This document shows, piece by piece, positions 23,642 to 33,336 of a stretch of 64,000 bases of DNA. Origin of the DNA: an uncultured Clostridia bacterium (GTDB taxonomy: Bacteria; Bacillota; Clostridia; TANB77; CAG-508); the NCBI GenBank assembly GCA_944392545.1, contig CALXWW010000002.1:59293-123292 (forward strand), given 5' to 3'. The translations under genes were made by a program, and so were the position numbers. Each line of letters starts with the position of its first letter. Positions within the stretch are counted from its first letter, which is position 1. A model generated the notes under the pieces. That model made no database searches. It saw only the letters and a program-made list of their open reading frames with translations, and was not told the DNA's origin.

Positions 23642-23788
23642 TTAAGTATTTTTATTTATCTTGTTTATCAATATTTTCTCCATTATATTTTGAAAACTCT
23701 CTCCATCTTCTTTGAACTTAAGCATAAACTTTAGTTCAGAATTGTTTGCATTATCATTTGTAGATTCTATTTTATTTTTAGTTTCCAT
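23642..23788 (-). CDS. 48-aa small protein upstream of LSRs (candidate directionality factor)
   Basis: GAGGTGA RBS before ATG GAA ACT (23788); function inferred from position only. Confidence 0.5.
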   Translation of the reverse strand: METKNKIESTNDNANNSELKFMLKFKEDGESFQNIMEKILINKINKNT

Positions 23789-24199
23789 ATATTGTCTCAC
23801 CTCATAATAAATAACTATGTACAAATCTTCTTTTTATTACTAAAGATATTTAAGTACTTTTTTTGCAAGTCATATTTTATTGCATAGGAAATTTCTAATG
23901 AAATTTCCGGAGCAACAAGGTTAAGTTTCTTTGGGCTGTGCGTATTTGCGAAGCAAAACGCACATATGGCGAAGCCACTTTTCTTATATTCAGATACTTA
24001 AGAACTTCTTACAATTTTTTTACTAAGTGACAGTTAATTTTATTTGCAACTTTTTACTAACACTTTTTATGCATGACAAAACTTATAGAGTTTTTACTCT
24101 ACTTTTTTATTTCACTCATTTCGTATCTATATATAAAAGTCCAAAAAAATTAAAAAACATCTCATTTTTCGAAAATTTTTTTAATTTTTTTATTATTGT

Positions 24200-24375
24200 T
24201 GACTGTATTTTTTACATCTATCTACTTATAAAAGTCCATAAGAGGTCTAATTTTTCTCATTTTTTTCTATTTTTTTTATTTTTTTCTATTTTTGTTATCA
24301 CTGACTGTATTTTTTACATCTATCTACTTATATAAATCCATTAGAAGTGTAATTTTTCTCATTTTTTATAAAAAA
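24200..24375. repeat. 102-bp-period tandem repeat with identical 31-bp block
   Basis: tgactgtattttttacatctatctacttata at 24200 and 24302; taatttttctcatttttt at 24248 and 24350; degenerate third copy ~24124-24170. Confidence 0.85.
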
Positions 24376-24456
24376 TTTAGTTTTTTTCAACAAAAATAAG
24401 AATATTATCTTTTTTTGATAATATTCTTATTTTCTAGTATGTATTTAGTTTTAATT

Positions 24457-24778
24457 TTACTTATTTTGGCATTGTGTTATAAGTTTTATTGCATCTTTAA
24501 ATCCGAGTTTCATAATATTTTTCCATATATGCTGAATTTTCTTCATCTATTATTTCAGCATATTCCTCTATTTTATCAATTACCCTATATCTATAACTTT
24601 TTGGTAGCTTTTTTATTAATTTCATAAGAGCTTCATAAATATTACTTCTTTTAATAAATAAATTTTTTCTTTCTTTTCTAATCTCATCTGTTCTTATACT
24701 TCCCTCTTCTTCTCTTTTTAAATAAATAATATGAATTATATTATTTTCTACCATTGCATCTAAATCAACAAACTTCAT
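24457..24778 (-). CDS. Small hypothetical protein (apparent +1 frameshift at CGG 24503-24505; 106 aa if C skipped)
   Basis: GGAGGTG RBS before MKFVDLD; YYET-(C)-GFKDAIKLITQCQNK. Confidence 0.6.
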
Positions 24779-24988
24779 ATAAACATCACCTCCCTTTACT
24801 TGGTGTGTGATGTTAACTCTGTTTTTATATGTTGTCAAAGTATTTTCTATATTAGTTTATTTTCTTTTTTTACCTTATCTCTCGTTTGACACTTCCGTTT
24901 GCAAAGAATGCAATCTTGTATTTATAATCATATTTCATAGTTTAATTCTATGGTTATAATCTAACATACTTTATTAATTGCAATGTTT

Positions 24989-26836
24989 TTATACTTTTTC
25001 GGTTATAATATCTATAATATTTTTTATATTGTGTTTAGTTGTTTCAGATAAATCATCAATTTCAATTTGATTTATGGAAACATTATCATAAAACCTTTTT
25101 GCAATTAATAATTTTTCTTTCTTATTTTTACCTATATTATATTTCTTCTTATCTTCTACTGAAAATATGTCTTCTATACAAGTATTTTTATCATTTGAAA
25201 TTTTAAATATATGAGAATTGTATTCATTCTTGTCTGCATACAAATTCAATAACCTTTCTCTTGCGTCAGATTCTCCTTGATCGTTATCCAAAAAAACTAT
25301 ATATTTTAAATTCCAACCAATAGCAATTGAAACCAAAAGATGAACCACTCTAGCACCTTGTGAAGGAATTAAATTTACTTTTTCTATTACATTATAAAGT
25401 TTTAAAAATGCTAAAATATAATATCTATCTGATACACCTTCCGTTATAATATTTAAACCTCCGCCAAATTCTAATGGACTTTTAGTCATATTATAACCAA
25501 TTGCAGTAATTAATGGTGTTATAGTATCTAAATCTGCACATTTATAATATTTATTTTCTACACAAGTTCCTATTCCTTTTGTTCTATCATTAGTAACTAA
25601 TTTAACTCTTAACATATTGTTAGTATCTATTAAATATGGACTATGTGTTGTGTATATAATATAATTATTTAAATTATTCTCAAATAACCTTAATATGTCT
25701 TCTTGTGCACTAGCGTGTAGATATAATCCGGGTTCATCTATTAATAAAATAGCATTTTCATCACTATTATTTAACATTAGATAAAATGATAAAAACCATT
25801 GTAATCCTTTACTTCTTTGAGATGGTTTTTTAGGATTAATATTATCATCAATATCATAAATGTTTACATATATTTTGTCCCCATCCTTATTTAGTGCTAT
25901 CTTAAGCTTTTCTTGTTTATATATATTTTGATAATCTAATGTAATATTATCAGAGTACTTATCTAATTTCGTTTGTGGTCTTCTACTAATTTCTTCCATT
26001 TCTTTCGTAAAATCCTCTAATGTTACATTCAAAAAAGCCAATAAATTTATAAAACCTCTATTCTTGATTTTGAAATCAGGTTTCTTCAAATCCGTTATAC
26101 TAATTTCATCAGGAATCATGTCATCAAAGTTATCAAAAAATTTAAACTCTGGCATAATAATATTAAAAATATTATTAATATCTTTAAATAACTTATCTTT
26201 TAATATTGCTTCTGTTAATTGAGTTATTTTATTTTCAATTTCTGGTTTGATCGTAGATATAATTTTAAATTGAGACATAATATATTTTTTTATAATCTCT
26301 TTTTCTTCTCCACTATTAAAAATAAAACTTGAATAAATTTCAAACAATAAATTTAAAAATTCTTTATCATCTAATTTGTTGTCGGGATCAACTAATTCTT
26401 GAATGGTCTCAATTATCGTTCTTACTTCAGAATTATTTCCATTTCTAATTTCATTTTTTATCCCTTTTTGAATTTCATCATATAATCTTCCTGTAATTTT
26501 ATCTTTAATATTTTTACTTCTCTCTATTGTATATGTATATTCTTTTTCATCTTCAAGTAAAGTATAACCTATTTTTCTATTAAAATAATCTCCTAAAATT
26601 GAAAACTCTATTATAATAGTAGGATTTAATTCCATATCTTTCGTAGGAATATCTTCATCTTCAAAAGAATCATTATAATATGTATTTAATGCCTTTATTA
26701 TATTGGTTTTTCCAGATTCATTTTTACCTGCCAAAACAGTTATTCTATCATAAATTAGTATATCATTTGAGTCATATATTGATTTGTAATTTTTTATTCT
26801 TATTTTGTTAATTTTAATCATGTATTTTTCTCCCAT
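24989..26836 (-). CDS. OLD-family ATP-dependent nuclease (ABC/AAA ATPase + TOPRIM)
   Basis: LAGKNESGKT Walker A, SQRSKGLQWF, LLIDEPGLYLH, THSPY, ITEGVSD and FLDND TOPRIM motifs. Confidence 0.82.
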   Translation of the reverse strand: MGEKYMIKINKIRIKNYKSIYDSNDILIYDRITVLAGKNESGKTNIIKALNTYYNDSFEDEDIPTKDMELNPTIIIEFSILGDYFNRKIGYTLLEDEKEYTYTIERSKNIKDKITGRLYDEIQKGIKNEIRNGNNSEVRTIIETIQELVDPDNKLDDKEFLNLLFEIYSSFIFNSGEEKEIIKKYIMSQFKIISTIKPEIENKITQLTEAILKDKLFKDINNIFNIIMPEFKFFDNFDDMIPDEISITDLKKPDFKIKNRGFINLLAFLNVTLEDFTKEMEEISRRPQTKLDKYSDNITLDYQNIYKQEKLKIALNKDGDKIYVNIYDIDDNINPKKPSQRSKGLQWFLSFYLMLNNSDENAILLIDEPGLYLHASAQEDILRLFENNLNNYIIYTTHSPYLIDTNNMLRVKLVTNDRTKGIGTCVENKYYKCADLDTITPLITAIGYNMTKSPLEFGGGLNIITEGVSDRYYILAFLKLYNVIEKVNLIPSQGARVVHLLVSIAIGWNLKYIVFLDNDQGESDARERLLNLYADKNEYNSHIFKISNDKNTCIEDIFSVEDKKKYNIGKNKKEKLLIAKRFYDNVSINQIEIDDLSETTKHNIKNIIDIITEKV

Positions 26837-26837
26837 T

Positions 26838-27701
26838 TTATTTAAATATTTCTTTCATTATTCCATTCTTCATATCATTAATATTATAAACATTCTCCAT
26901 TCTATCAAATGTTTCTCTTAAATTATTTCTTGCTGAGATCCATCCCATTCCATCTGTAAACCATACAAATTCAAATCCTACAACTTTATCTGCCTCTTCT
27001 GCTATCATTTTATAGCTCCTTGCTGTTTCATTAAGTTTTGAACCACCAGCAGCATAAAAGTTAGTTTCTATTCCATAAATACAATTATCAGTTTTTATTA
27101 CATAATCAAATCGCTTAGTTGCTTGATTTTTATTACTTATAAAAGACATATCTAGTTTCCATCTATTTTCTATGTCCTGTAAGTACATTTCTTTAAAATA
27201 TGTTTCATTTTTCTTAAAACCTGCTTTTTGAATAAATTTTTCCACTAAATCTTCCATTAAATGTCCGCCACGATTTTTTCTAGCATTAGAATTTAGTCCA
27301 GATTCAACACCTAAAACATAATCATATAAATTATTAACTAGGTGTTTTTCTAATAACTCAAATAGACCTGTTTCTCTCATAAACACTTTATATTGCTCTA
27401 ATTCATAATTCATTTTTTTAAAATTATATTCAAATTTATTTCCATCATCATCTAAAACAATTATTTCATACTGTCTGACTGCTAATAATATAGGTATACA
27501 TTTTAAAACTTCAGGATATTTTCTTACTAAATCTTCAAATTCTTTTTCTACATTTTTACTACCAATTAAAGAATTTAACATATTTAGTTCTATTTTATAT
27601 ATTTCCGCATTCTTATATATCGTTTCAAAATCTATGTAATATTTATAATTAGCAATACTATCTGTAAAAGTAAGTAGCCATTGTGCAAAATCTCTTTTCA
27701 T
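26838..27701 (-). CDS. dpnB: DpnII-family type II restriction endonuclease (GATC)
   Basis: ELNMLNSLIG, GVESGLNSNARKNRGGHLME, IETNFYAAGGSKLNETARSY. Confidence 0.9.
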   Translation of the reverse strand: MKRDFAQWLLTFTDSIANYKYYIDFETIYKNAEIYKIELNMLNSLIGSKNVEKEFEDLVRKYPEVLKCIPILLAVRQYEIIVLDDDGNKFEYNFKKMNYELEQYKVFMRETGLFELLEKHLVNNLYDYVLGVESGLNSNARKNRGGHLMEDLVEKFIQKAGFKKNETYFKEMYLQDIENRWKLDMSFISNKNQATKRFDYVIKTDNCIYGIETNFYAAGGSKLNETARSYKMIAEEADKVVGFEFVWFTDGMGWISARNNLRETFDRMENVYNINDMKNGIMKEIFK

Positions 27702-28477
27702 AATAAATCCTCCTTTATTTGTTCATATCTTCTTATTGATAAATCTAAATATTCTTTTGAATTATCTATTCCTATGTATCTTCTATTTAATTTTACTGCT
27801 GAAATTCCTGTTGTACTACTACCACAAAAAGGATCTAAAATTAAATCATTTTCATTCGTCGATGCTAAAATTATTCTTTCTAATATTTCCAAAGGTTTTT
27901 GTGTTGGATGTTTTCCTTGTCTCTTTTCTGATGGCTTTGTTAGCGAAGTTGTCCAAACATCTTTCATTTGTTTTTTACTATTCAGTTGTTTCATTACATC
28001 ATAATTAAATGTATATTTTACATTTTTCAAATCTTTTCTTGCCCACAAAATTGTTTCTGTTGAATGTGTAAAAGTTTTACAAGCTAAATTAGGTGGAGGA
28101 TTAGTCTTTTGCCAAGTTATATTGTTTATAATTTTAAATCCTTCTTCTTCAAGAGCCATTCCTATCGAATAGATATTGTGTAAAGTTCCACTAATCCATA
28201 TTGTTCCATTATCTTTTAATATTCTATAACACTCTTTAATCCATGTTCTATTAAATTTATGTTTTTCAGATATACTTAAACTTCTATCCCACTGTCCTTT
28301 ATTTACACTAACCATTTTTCCACCACTACAAGTAATTCCATCATTTGATAAAAAATATGGTGGGTCAGCAAAAATCATATCAAAAGTTTTAGTTTCAAAT
28401 TTTTTCAATGTTTTAGTTGTATCACTATCAATTAATTTGAAGCTACCATCTTCATAATAGAATTTTCCTCTGTACAT
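27698..28477 (-). CDS. dpnA: DpnA-type DNA adenine methyltransferase (beta class)
   Basis: IFADPPYFLSNDGITCSGGKMVSVNKGQWD, HPTQKP, LDPFCGS. Confidence 0.9.
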   Translation of the reverse strand: MYRGKFYYEDGSFKLIDSDTTKTLKKFETKTFDMIFADPPYFLSNDGITCSGGKMVSVNKGQWDRSLSISEKHKFNRTWIKECYRILKDNGTIWISGTLHNIYSIGMALEEEGFKIINNITWQKTNPPPNLACKTFTHSTETILWARKDLKNVKYTFNYDVMKQLNSKKQMKDVWTTSLTKPSEKRQGKHPTQKPLEILERIILASTNENDLILDPFCGSSTTGISAVKLNRRYIGIDNSKEYLDLSIRRYEQIKEDLL

Positions 28478-29391
28478 TCTATTGTCTCCTCATAATTTGT
28501 TATAAGTAATTCTGAAATTTCTCCTCTTCCTTTACTGTTTGCATTTATCATTCTCTTTGCTGAAACTTCATTTATATTAAATCCTTTGTAGATATCTTCA
28601 AAAAATGTATCTTCTTTGTTTGTATTTTTAGGATTTGAATTACTTAGCATTAATTTTGCTTTTTTATTATTTAATTCGCAATAATATTTAGCAAGCTCTT
28701 TTTGATTTTCATCATTAAAGTCTTCTTTTGTATATGAAGTAAATCCAGATGTAATAGATAAAGGTCTATATGGTGGATCAAAATATACAAATGTTTTATC
28801 ATCAACATATTCACTGCTCTTTTTGTAATCACCATATTCAAATATTACATTTTGAATTAGTTTAGACAAGTTTCTTAAATTTTTAGAATCACATATTGTA
28901 GGATTTTTATATTTACCACAAGGTACATTAAATTTTCCACTTTTATTAACTCTATATAAACCGTTAAAACACGTCCTATTCAAGAATATAAATTCAGAAG
29001 CTCTTTTTACATCAATTACTTTTTCTAGTTTATAAGAATTATATTTATTTCTTATATCATAAAAATAAGCTGTTCTCTCGTCTGTTTCTAATTTTAAAAA
29101 TTCTTTTTCTTTTTTATCTAATTCTTCAATTAAATCTTCTACATTGTTTTTTATTACATTATAACAATTTATTAAGTCTTTATTTATATCAAATGCATAA
29201 GCTTCTTTTACATCATATCTTTGTAATATATCTATTAGAACTGCCCCACCACCTATAAATGGTTCTACATATCTCTCTATAACTCCATTTTCCAAATCAA
29301 ATGGGTAAAAGTTTTTCAGCTGTGAAATCAAGCCACCTTTCCCTCCAGCCCATTTTACAAAAGGTCTTATTAGTTCCATTTTTCCCTCCAA
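28432..29391 (-). CDS. dpnM: DpnM/Dam-type DNA adenine methyltransferase
   Basis: PFVKWAGGK, YVEPFIGGGAV, FLNRTCFNGLYRVN, YFDPPY. Confidence 0.9.
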   Translation of the reverse strand: MEGKMELIRPFVKWAGGKGGLISQLKNFYPFDLENGVIERYVEPFIGGGAVLIDILQRYDVKEAYAFDINKDLINCYNVIKNNVEDLIEELDKKEKEFLKLETDERTAYFYDIRNKYNSYKLEKVIDVKRASEFIFLNRTCFNGLYRVNKSGKFNVPCGKYKNPTICDSKNLRNLSKLIQNVIFEYGDYKKSSEYVDDKTFVYFDPPYRPLSITSGFTSYTKEDFNDENQKELAKYYCELNNKKAKLMLSNSNPKNTNKEDTFFEDIYKGFNINEVSAKRMINANSKGRGEISELLITNYEETIECTEENSIMKMVASN

Positions 29392-29680
29392 TTCTACACA
29401 TAATATATCATATTTTCTCTATTTTAACAACAAATAAAAACTTAAATTTTAAAACTATTTTATATCAATTATCCCATTTTTTCAAATTTCTTTACTCAAC
29501 TTTTTACAACCTCTAAATTTCCTATGCAAAAGTAATTTATTAGCCTTAAATTATTACAATATTTTACCACTTCTAATTTGAATAAATCCTAAAATTTAAA
29601 CATAAAATTAACCCTCCTTATTAAACTATTTTTGTCTAATAATTTAGGTTTAGTATATCCATCATTCATTTTTTATTAGA

Positions 29681-30326
29681 TTAATCTTTTATTTGTTCTA
29701 TATTAATTAATTTATTTTTTCTAAATGTCATTTTTAATAAACAAGGAGATGTTATATCTAAGGCAGTGCCTTTATACGCCAATTTTACATCTTTATTTAC
29801 TTCACACCAATTTAATAAGAAGAACTTGATTGAACCTCCGATGACTTACAATTGCAATTTTCTTTCCTTCATAATCTTTCAATATTTTGTCAAAAAATTT
29901 TGTCATTCTTTCTTTTGTATCTTCTGCACTTTCTCCATCAGACGTTTTAAATTTCCTATCTAATAACTGCTCTTGAGAAGGATCTTTTGTACTTTTGTAT
30001 TTCATAAATTCACCTAGTTCTTTTAAATTTCCTAATTTTCTCTCACATAAGTTATTATCTAAATTAATTGGTAAATTATTAACATTAGCAATATATTTTG
30101 CAGTAGCTTTTGCTCTTGTATAACTACTTGACCAAATAATGTCAATATCTTTTAATTCTACATTTTCACTTAATTTTTTAGATTGTTCTTCACCCTCTAC
30201 TGATAAAATCTCTTTTTCATTAATTAATTGAGAATCTTCATTCGTATTTCTAATTCCATTCTCATCAACTGTTTCAGCATGTCTTATCAAATAAATAATA
30301 GTATCTTCCATTTTTATTAACCCCAT
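29681..30326 (-). CDS. Histidine phosphatase family protein (apparent +1 frameshift at CGG 29838-29840)
   Basis: LIRHAE motif; IVSH-(C)-GGSIKFFLL restores the second HG motif; +1 frame ends at TAA 29681. Confidence 0.8.
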
Positions 30327-30987
30327 CCTTTATTCTTTATTTTGTATATTTATTATATATATTTTTTTATCTTTTTCAATATTGAATAAAAATTTTAACC
30401 GATAATAGAAAAAATTATACTCTATTACTTAGTTAAAATTTTATTTTATATATTTTTAATATAAACCCTGAAATTTTTGAGCAAAAAAATGGTGTATTAT
30501 CCCCTTTCTTAGATAAATAATACACCATTTATTTAAACCCCTCATTTCGTCGCTTTTTATTTTTATGATAGTCTAGTATGTAGATACCTATATCTACTGC
30601 AAATGCCGTTATATTTAAACCTTGTGCATCCTTGCCCACACTTTTTATTACTTTTGAAATACTATAACATTTCAAAAGTAATAAGAAAAACATTCGGTAA
30701 ATTCCTTTTGAAGTTTTTCTTACATTTGCATATCCATTATTACAAGTTTTGCCTCCTGAAACTCTTTGTTTATTGTGAGTTTGCGTTACGAAATCTCACT
30801 TACGCATTTTGTGCAAATAGACTGTTTACACGAATACGAATGAATTTTATTGCATCGGCTCATCAAACCTATCTCTTTTTTGTTTTAAAACGAGTTTACG
30901 GCATCTCTCGTTTTTATTTATATGTAATAAAAACTCTAGCACTATTGTTTAGTAACTAGAGTTTTTAATTTTTTTATTGTAAATATT

Positions 30988-31449
30988 TTATTCGTTTCTA
31001 TATATTTCTCCTATTGTATAAAAATCATATAGATCCTCTTTAGTCATATTTTCGGTATCACGACTAATATAATAATTAGCTTTATTACGAGCATTATTTA
31101 ACATTTTTATAAAATTCTTATGCATATCATCTCCTAATATTTTATCAAAAAATTCACCTAATAAATATGTATTTATAGCACTTGTTCTTAAATATTTTGC
31201 AGTTAATTTTCTTTGTGATTTTATAAATGGTGTTAATTTTGCATCTACAATGCTATCTAATTGTTTAACTATAAAGTCTAAATTATCATTATACATTTGA
31301 ATATTTAATTCCTTTTCTATTCCACTTCTAATAATATCTGATTCAAATCTCCCTTGCTTACTAGCTAATTTTTTTAACATTTCTTTCTTTTCTTTTGGTA
31401 ATCTTACTATAATTGGTACTAATTTTTCTTTATCATTATCTTTTTTCAT
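30988..31449 (-). CDS. Hypothetical protein with N-terminal ribbon-helix-helix-like DNA-binding domain
   Basis: IIVRLPKEKKEMLKKLASKQGRFESDIIRSGI matches an RHH pattern; mobilisation-accessory role is a guess. Confidence 0.6.
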   Translation of the reverse strand: MKKDNDKEKLVPIIVRLPKEKKEMLKKLASKQGRFESDIIRSGIEKELNIQMYNDNLDFIVKQLDSIVDAKLTPFIKSQRKLTAKYLRTSAINTYLLGEFFDKILGDDMHKNFIKMLNNARNKANYYISRDTENMTKEDLYDFYTIGEIYRNE

Positions 31450-31703
31450 ATACTCACTCCTTTTCTAAATCTACAATTAAAAATTTGCCTCAAAACAATT
31501 TTGCAGGATCAGGGAGATATCTCATCTCCCCAAAACAGCTAAAAAGCGTGGCTTTTTACTAGATACACATTATTTTCCTATATATCAGTTAGATATCTAA
31601 GAAAATACATTAAAAGAACTACTATATAAGCAGTTCTTTGTTAGGTGTTTATAATTTTATATTTTTATATTTTTAAAATCCTACTGTCTGTAGTATTTCA
31701 TAG

Positions 31704-31727
31704 GTGTCGGAATTGTTCTGTACAGTC
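31704..31727. other. Attachment site (5' dacF/element junction)
   Basis: Arm GTGTCGGAATTGTTCTG (31704-31720) overlapping core CTGTACAGTC (31718-31727). Confidence 0.88.
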
Positions 31728-32249
31728 ATTAGCAGATACTACACATATTGCTTTTAGCATTTCGTCTACTGTTAATTCTTCGCCTACTTCTAGCCATATT
31801 TGAGAACCTCCCATACTAGCTGCATTTTCTGAACATGGTACTCTATCTTCTAAAGTTATCTGTCCAGAATCTACCGCTTCCATTATTAATAATATGCTCA
31901 TAACTTTTGTTACACTTGCTGGTCTTAATTTTTCATGCATATTGTGGTCATATAGTACCCTACCTGTTGTTTGTTCTATTAATACCGCACCACCTGATTC
32001 TAGATTAAGACTATTATTTTCCACATTGCTATTTTCATTTGCACTTGTTTCTTTGCTTTCCGCTGTTTCATTATTTGTAACCTGCTCATTATTTACTGCG
32101 TTTCCACTTGTCTGAACAGAAATTGGTTCAGATTCTGACGACCAAACATATGCTGTTTCATCTGACGCAAAAACTACAGAAAACATAAATATTGTTAAAA
32201 GAATTAAACAAACACTAATTCTTTTTATATTTTTTTTATTTAGCCACAT
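31718..32249 (-). CDS. dacF: DacF D-Ala-D-Ala carboxypeptidase, 5' half (interrupted gene)
   Basis: Signal peptide, PASVTK (SxxK), MGGSQIWLE, VVSANDCT (SxN), then element-derived EQFRHL-stop (31698). Confidence 0.92.
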
Positions 32250-32304
32250 AAAAATACCTCCAAATATATATTATTACAATTATATTTTAGAGGTATTATT
32301 AATA

Positions 32305-33322
32305 TTACTCTTTATTAAATGTATATCCTGAACTTTGTTGTATTATACTTTTTTCATCTTGTATGGCATATGTTTCTGTTTCGTTTGTTTTTCTTTCATA
32401 ATCCTTATCTGCGCCTTCATCAAATCCTTTTTCATATGTATAATTTACTGTAATTGTATTATCCGATACAGTATATGTCCCAGTTTTTACTTGTGCGAAA
32501 TATGTATTTTCAAATGTTGCCTTTCCATTTTCTAATTTTAAAGTCATACAATTTCCGTATTTCTTGTTCTATATCTTCACTAAAATTCACTCTAAAAGTT
32601 CCTTCTATATCTTTGCTTATTTCACTATTGTTTACATTAGTGTTATTAGTTGGATTATTGTTAGTACCTATATCATTCTCTATAGTTATTTCTTTATATA
32701 AAGTAAACTTTACAGCTTCTTTTGAATCAAACTCTTCCATACATTTTTCAAAATCTTCTTTACTATTTAGTGAATTATTATTAAATGTATATTTACCATT
32801 TTCAACTCCTGCCACAATATTGTCAAAAATTTGATTTCTATTGAATGTACTTTTTATTATTTTAGTGTCTGCAGCACCACCTGATATTTTATATGTTCCA
32901 TCTGTTTTTAAGTTAAGCATTTCTCTATATTCTTTTTTAAACCCATATACTAATCCGTCATCTTCATAATTTAGTATTAGATATTTACCATCTCCACTAC
33001 TTTCAAGTAATACTACCATTTCTTTATCATTTTGGCTATCTACGTCCATATTTAATATTGCATAACTTACATTTATGTTTCCATCAGATATTATTTCTTT
33101 TGCATAATCTGATATATATTCTTCGCTTCCGTTCCTTGTTATGTAGCTTCTTTGCTCATCTAAAACTTGGAAATATATCTCCTCAACATTAACTTCATTT
33201 ATTATATTAGTTTGTGTTGCTTCTTCGTTCATTTTTTCATTGCTATTTCCACAGCCAGTTAATGTTATATTAACTGACAATAATATGCAAACAAATATTA
33301 TTGTTAAAATTTTATTTTTCAA
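32305..33322 (-). CDS. Lipoprotein (apparent +1 frameshift at CGG 32555-32557; 338 aa if C skipped)
   Basis: TTG start, lipobox LTGC; EQEI-(C)-GNCMTLKLENG joins the two ORF-track ORFs. Confidence 0.7.
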
Positions 33323-33336
33323 AATTTAACTCCCCT

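Larger units (their letters stand above)
20329..31727 (-). mobile_element. 11,399-bp serine-recombinase integrative element interrupting dacF
   Basis: 10-bp direct repeat at both ends, inverted att arms, two LSRs at one end, R-M and nuclease cargo; no phage structural or conjugation genes seen. Confidence 0.92.

Noticed and set aside
24124-24375. Possible mini-CRISPR array
   Set aside because: Only two full copies, the inter-repeat sequences are themselves similar, and no cas genes are present.
30603-30959. 118-aa plus-strand ORF in the element
   Set aside because: No RBS or recognisable domain, biased composition, and it overlaps the hairpin array; treated as non-coding.
20329-31727. Prophage, ICE, intron or intein as explanation for the dacF split
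   Set aside because: No structural, T4SS, relaxase, reverse transcriptase or splicing motifs; the att geometry and LSRs explain the junctions.
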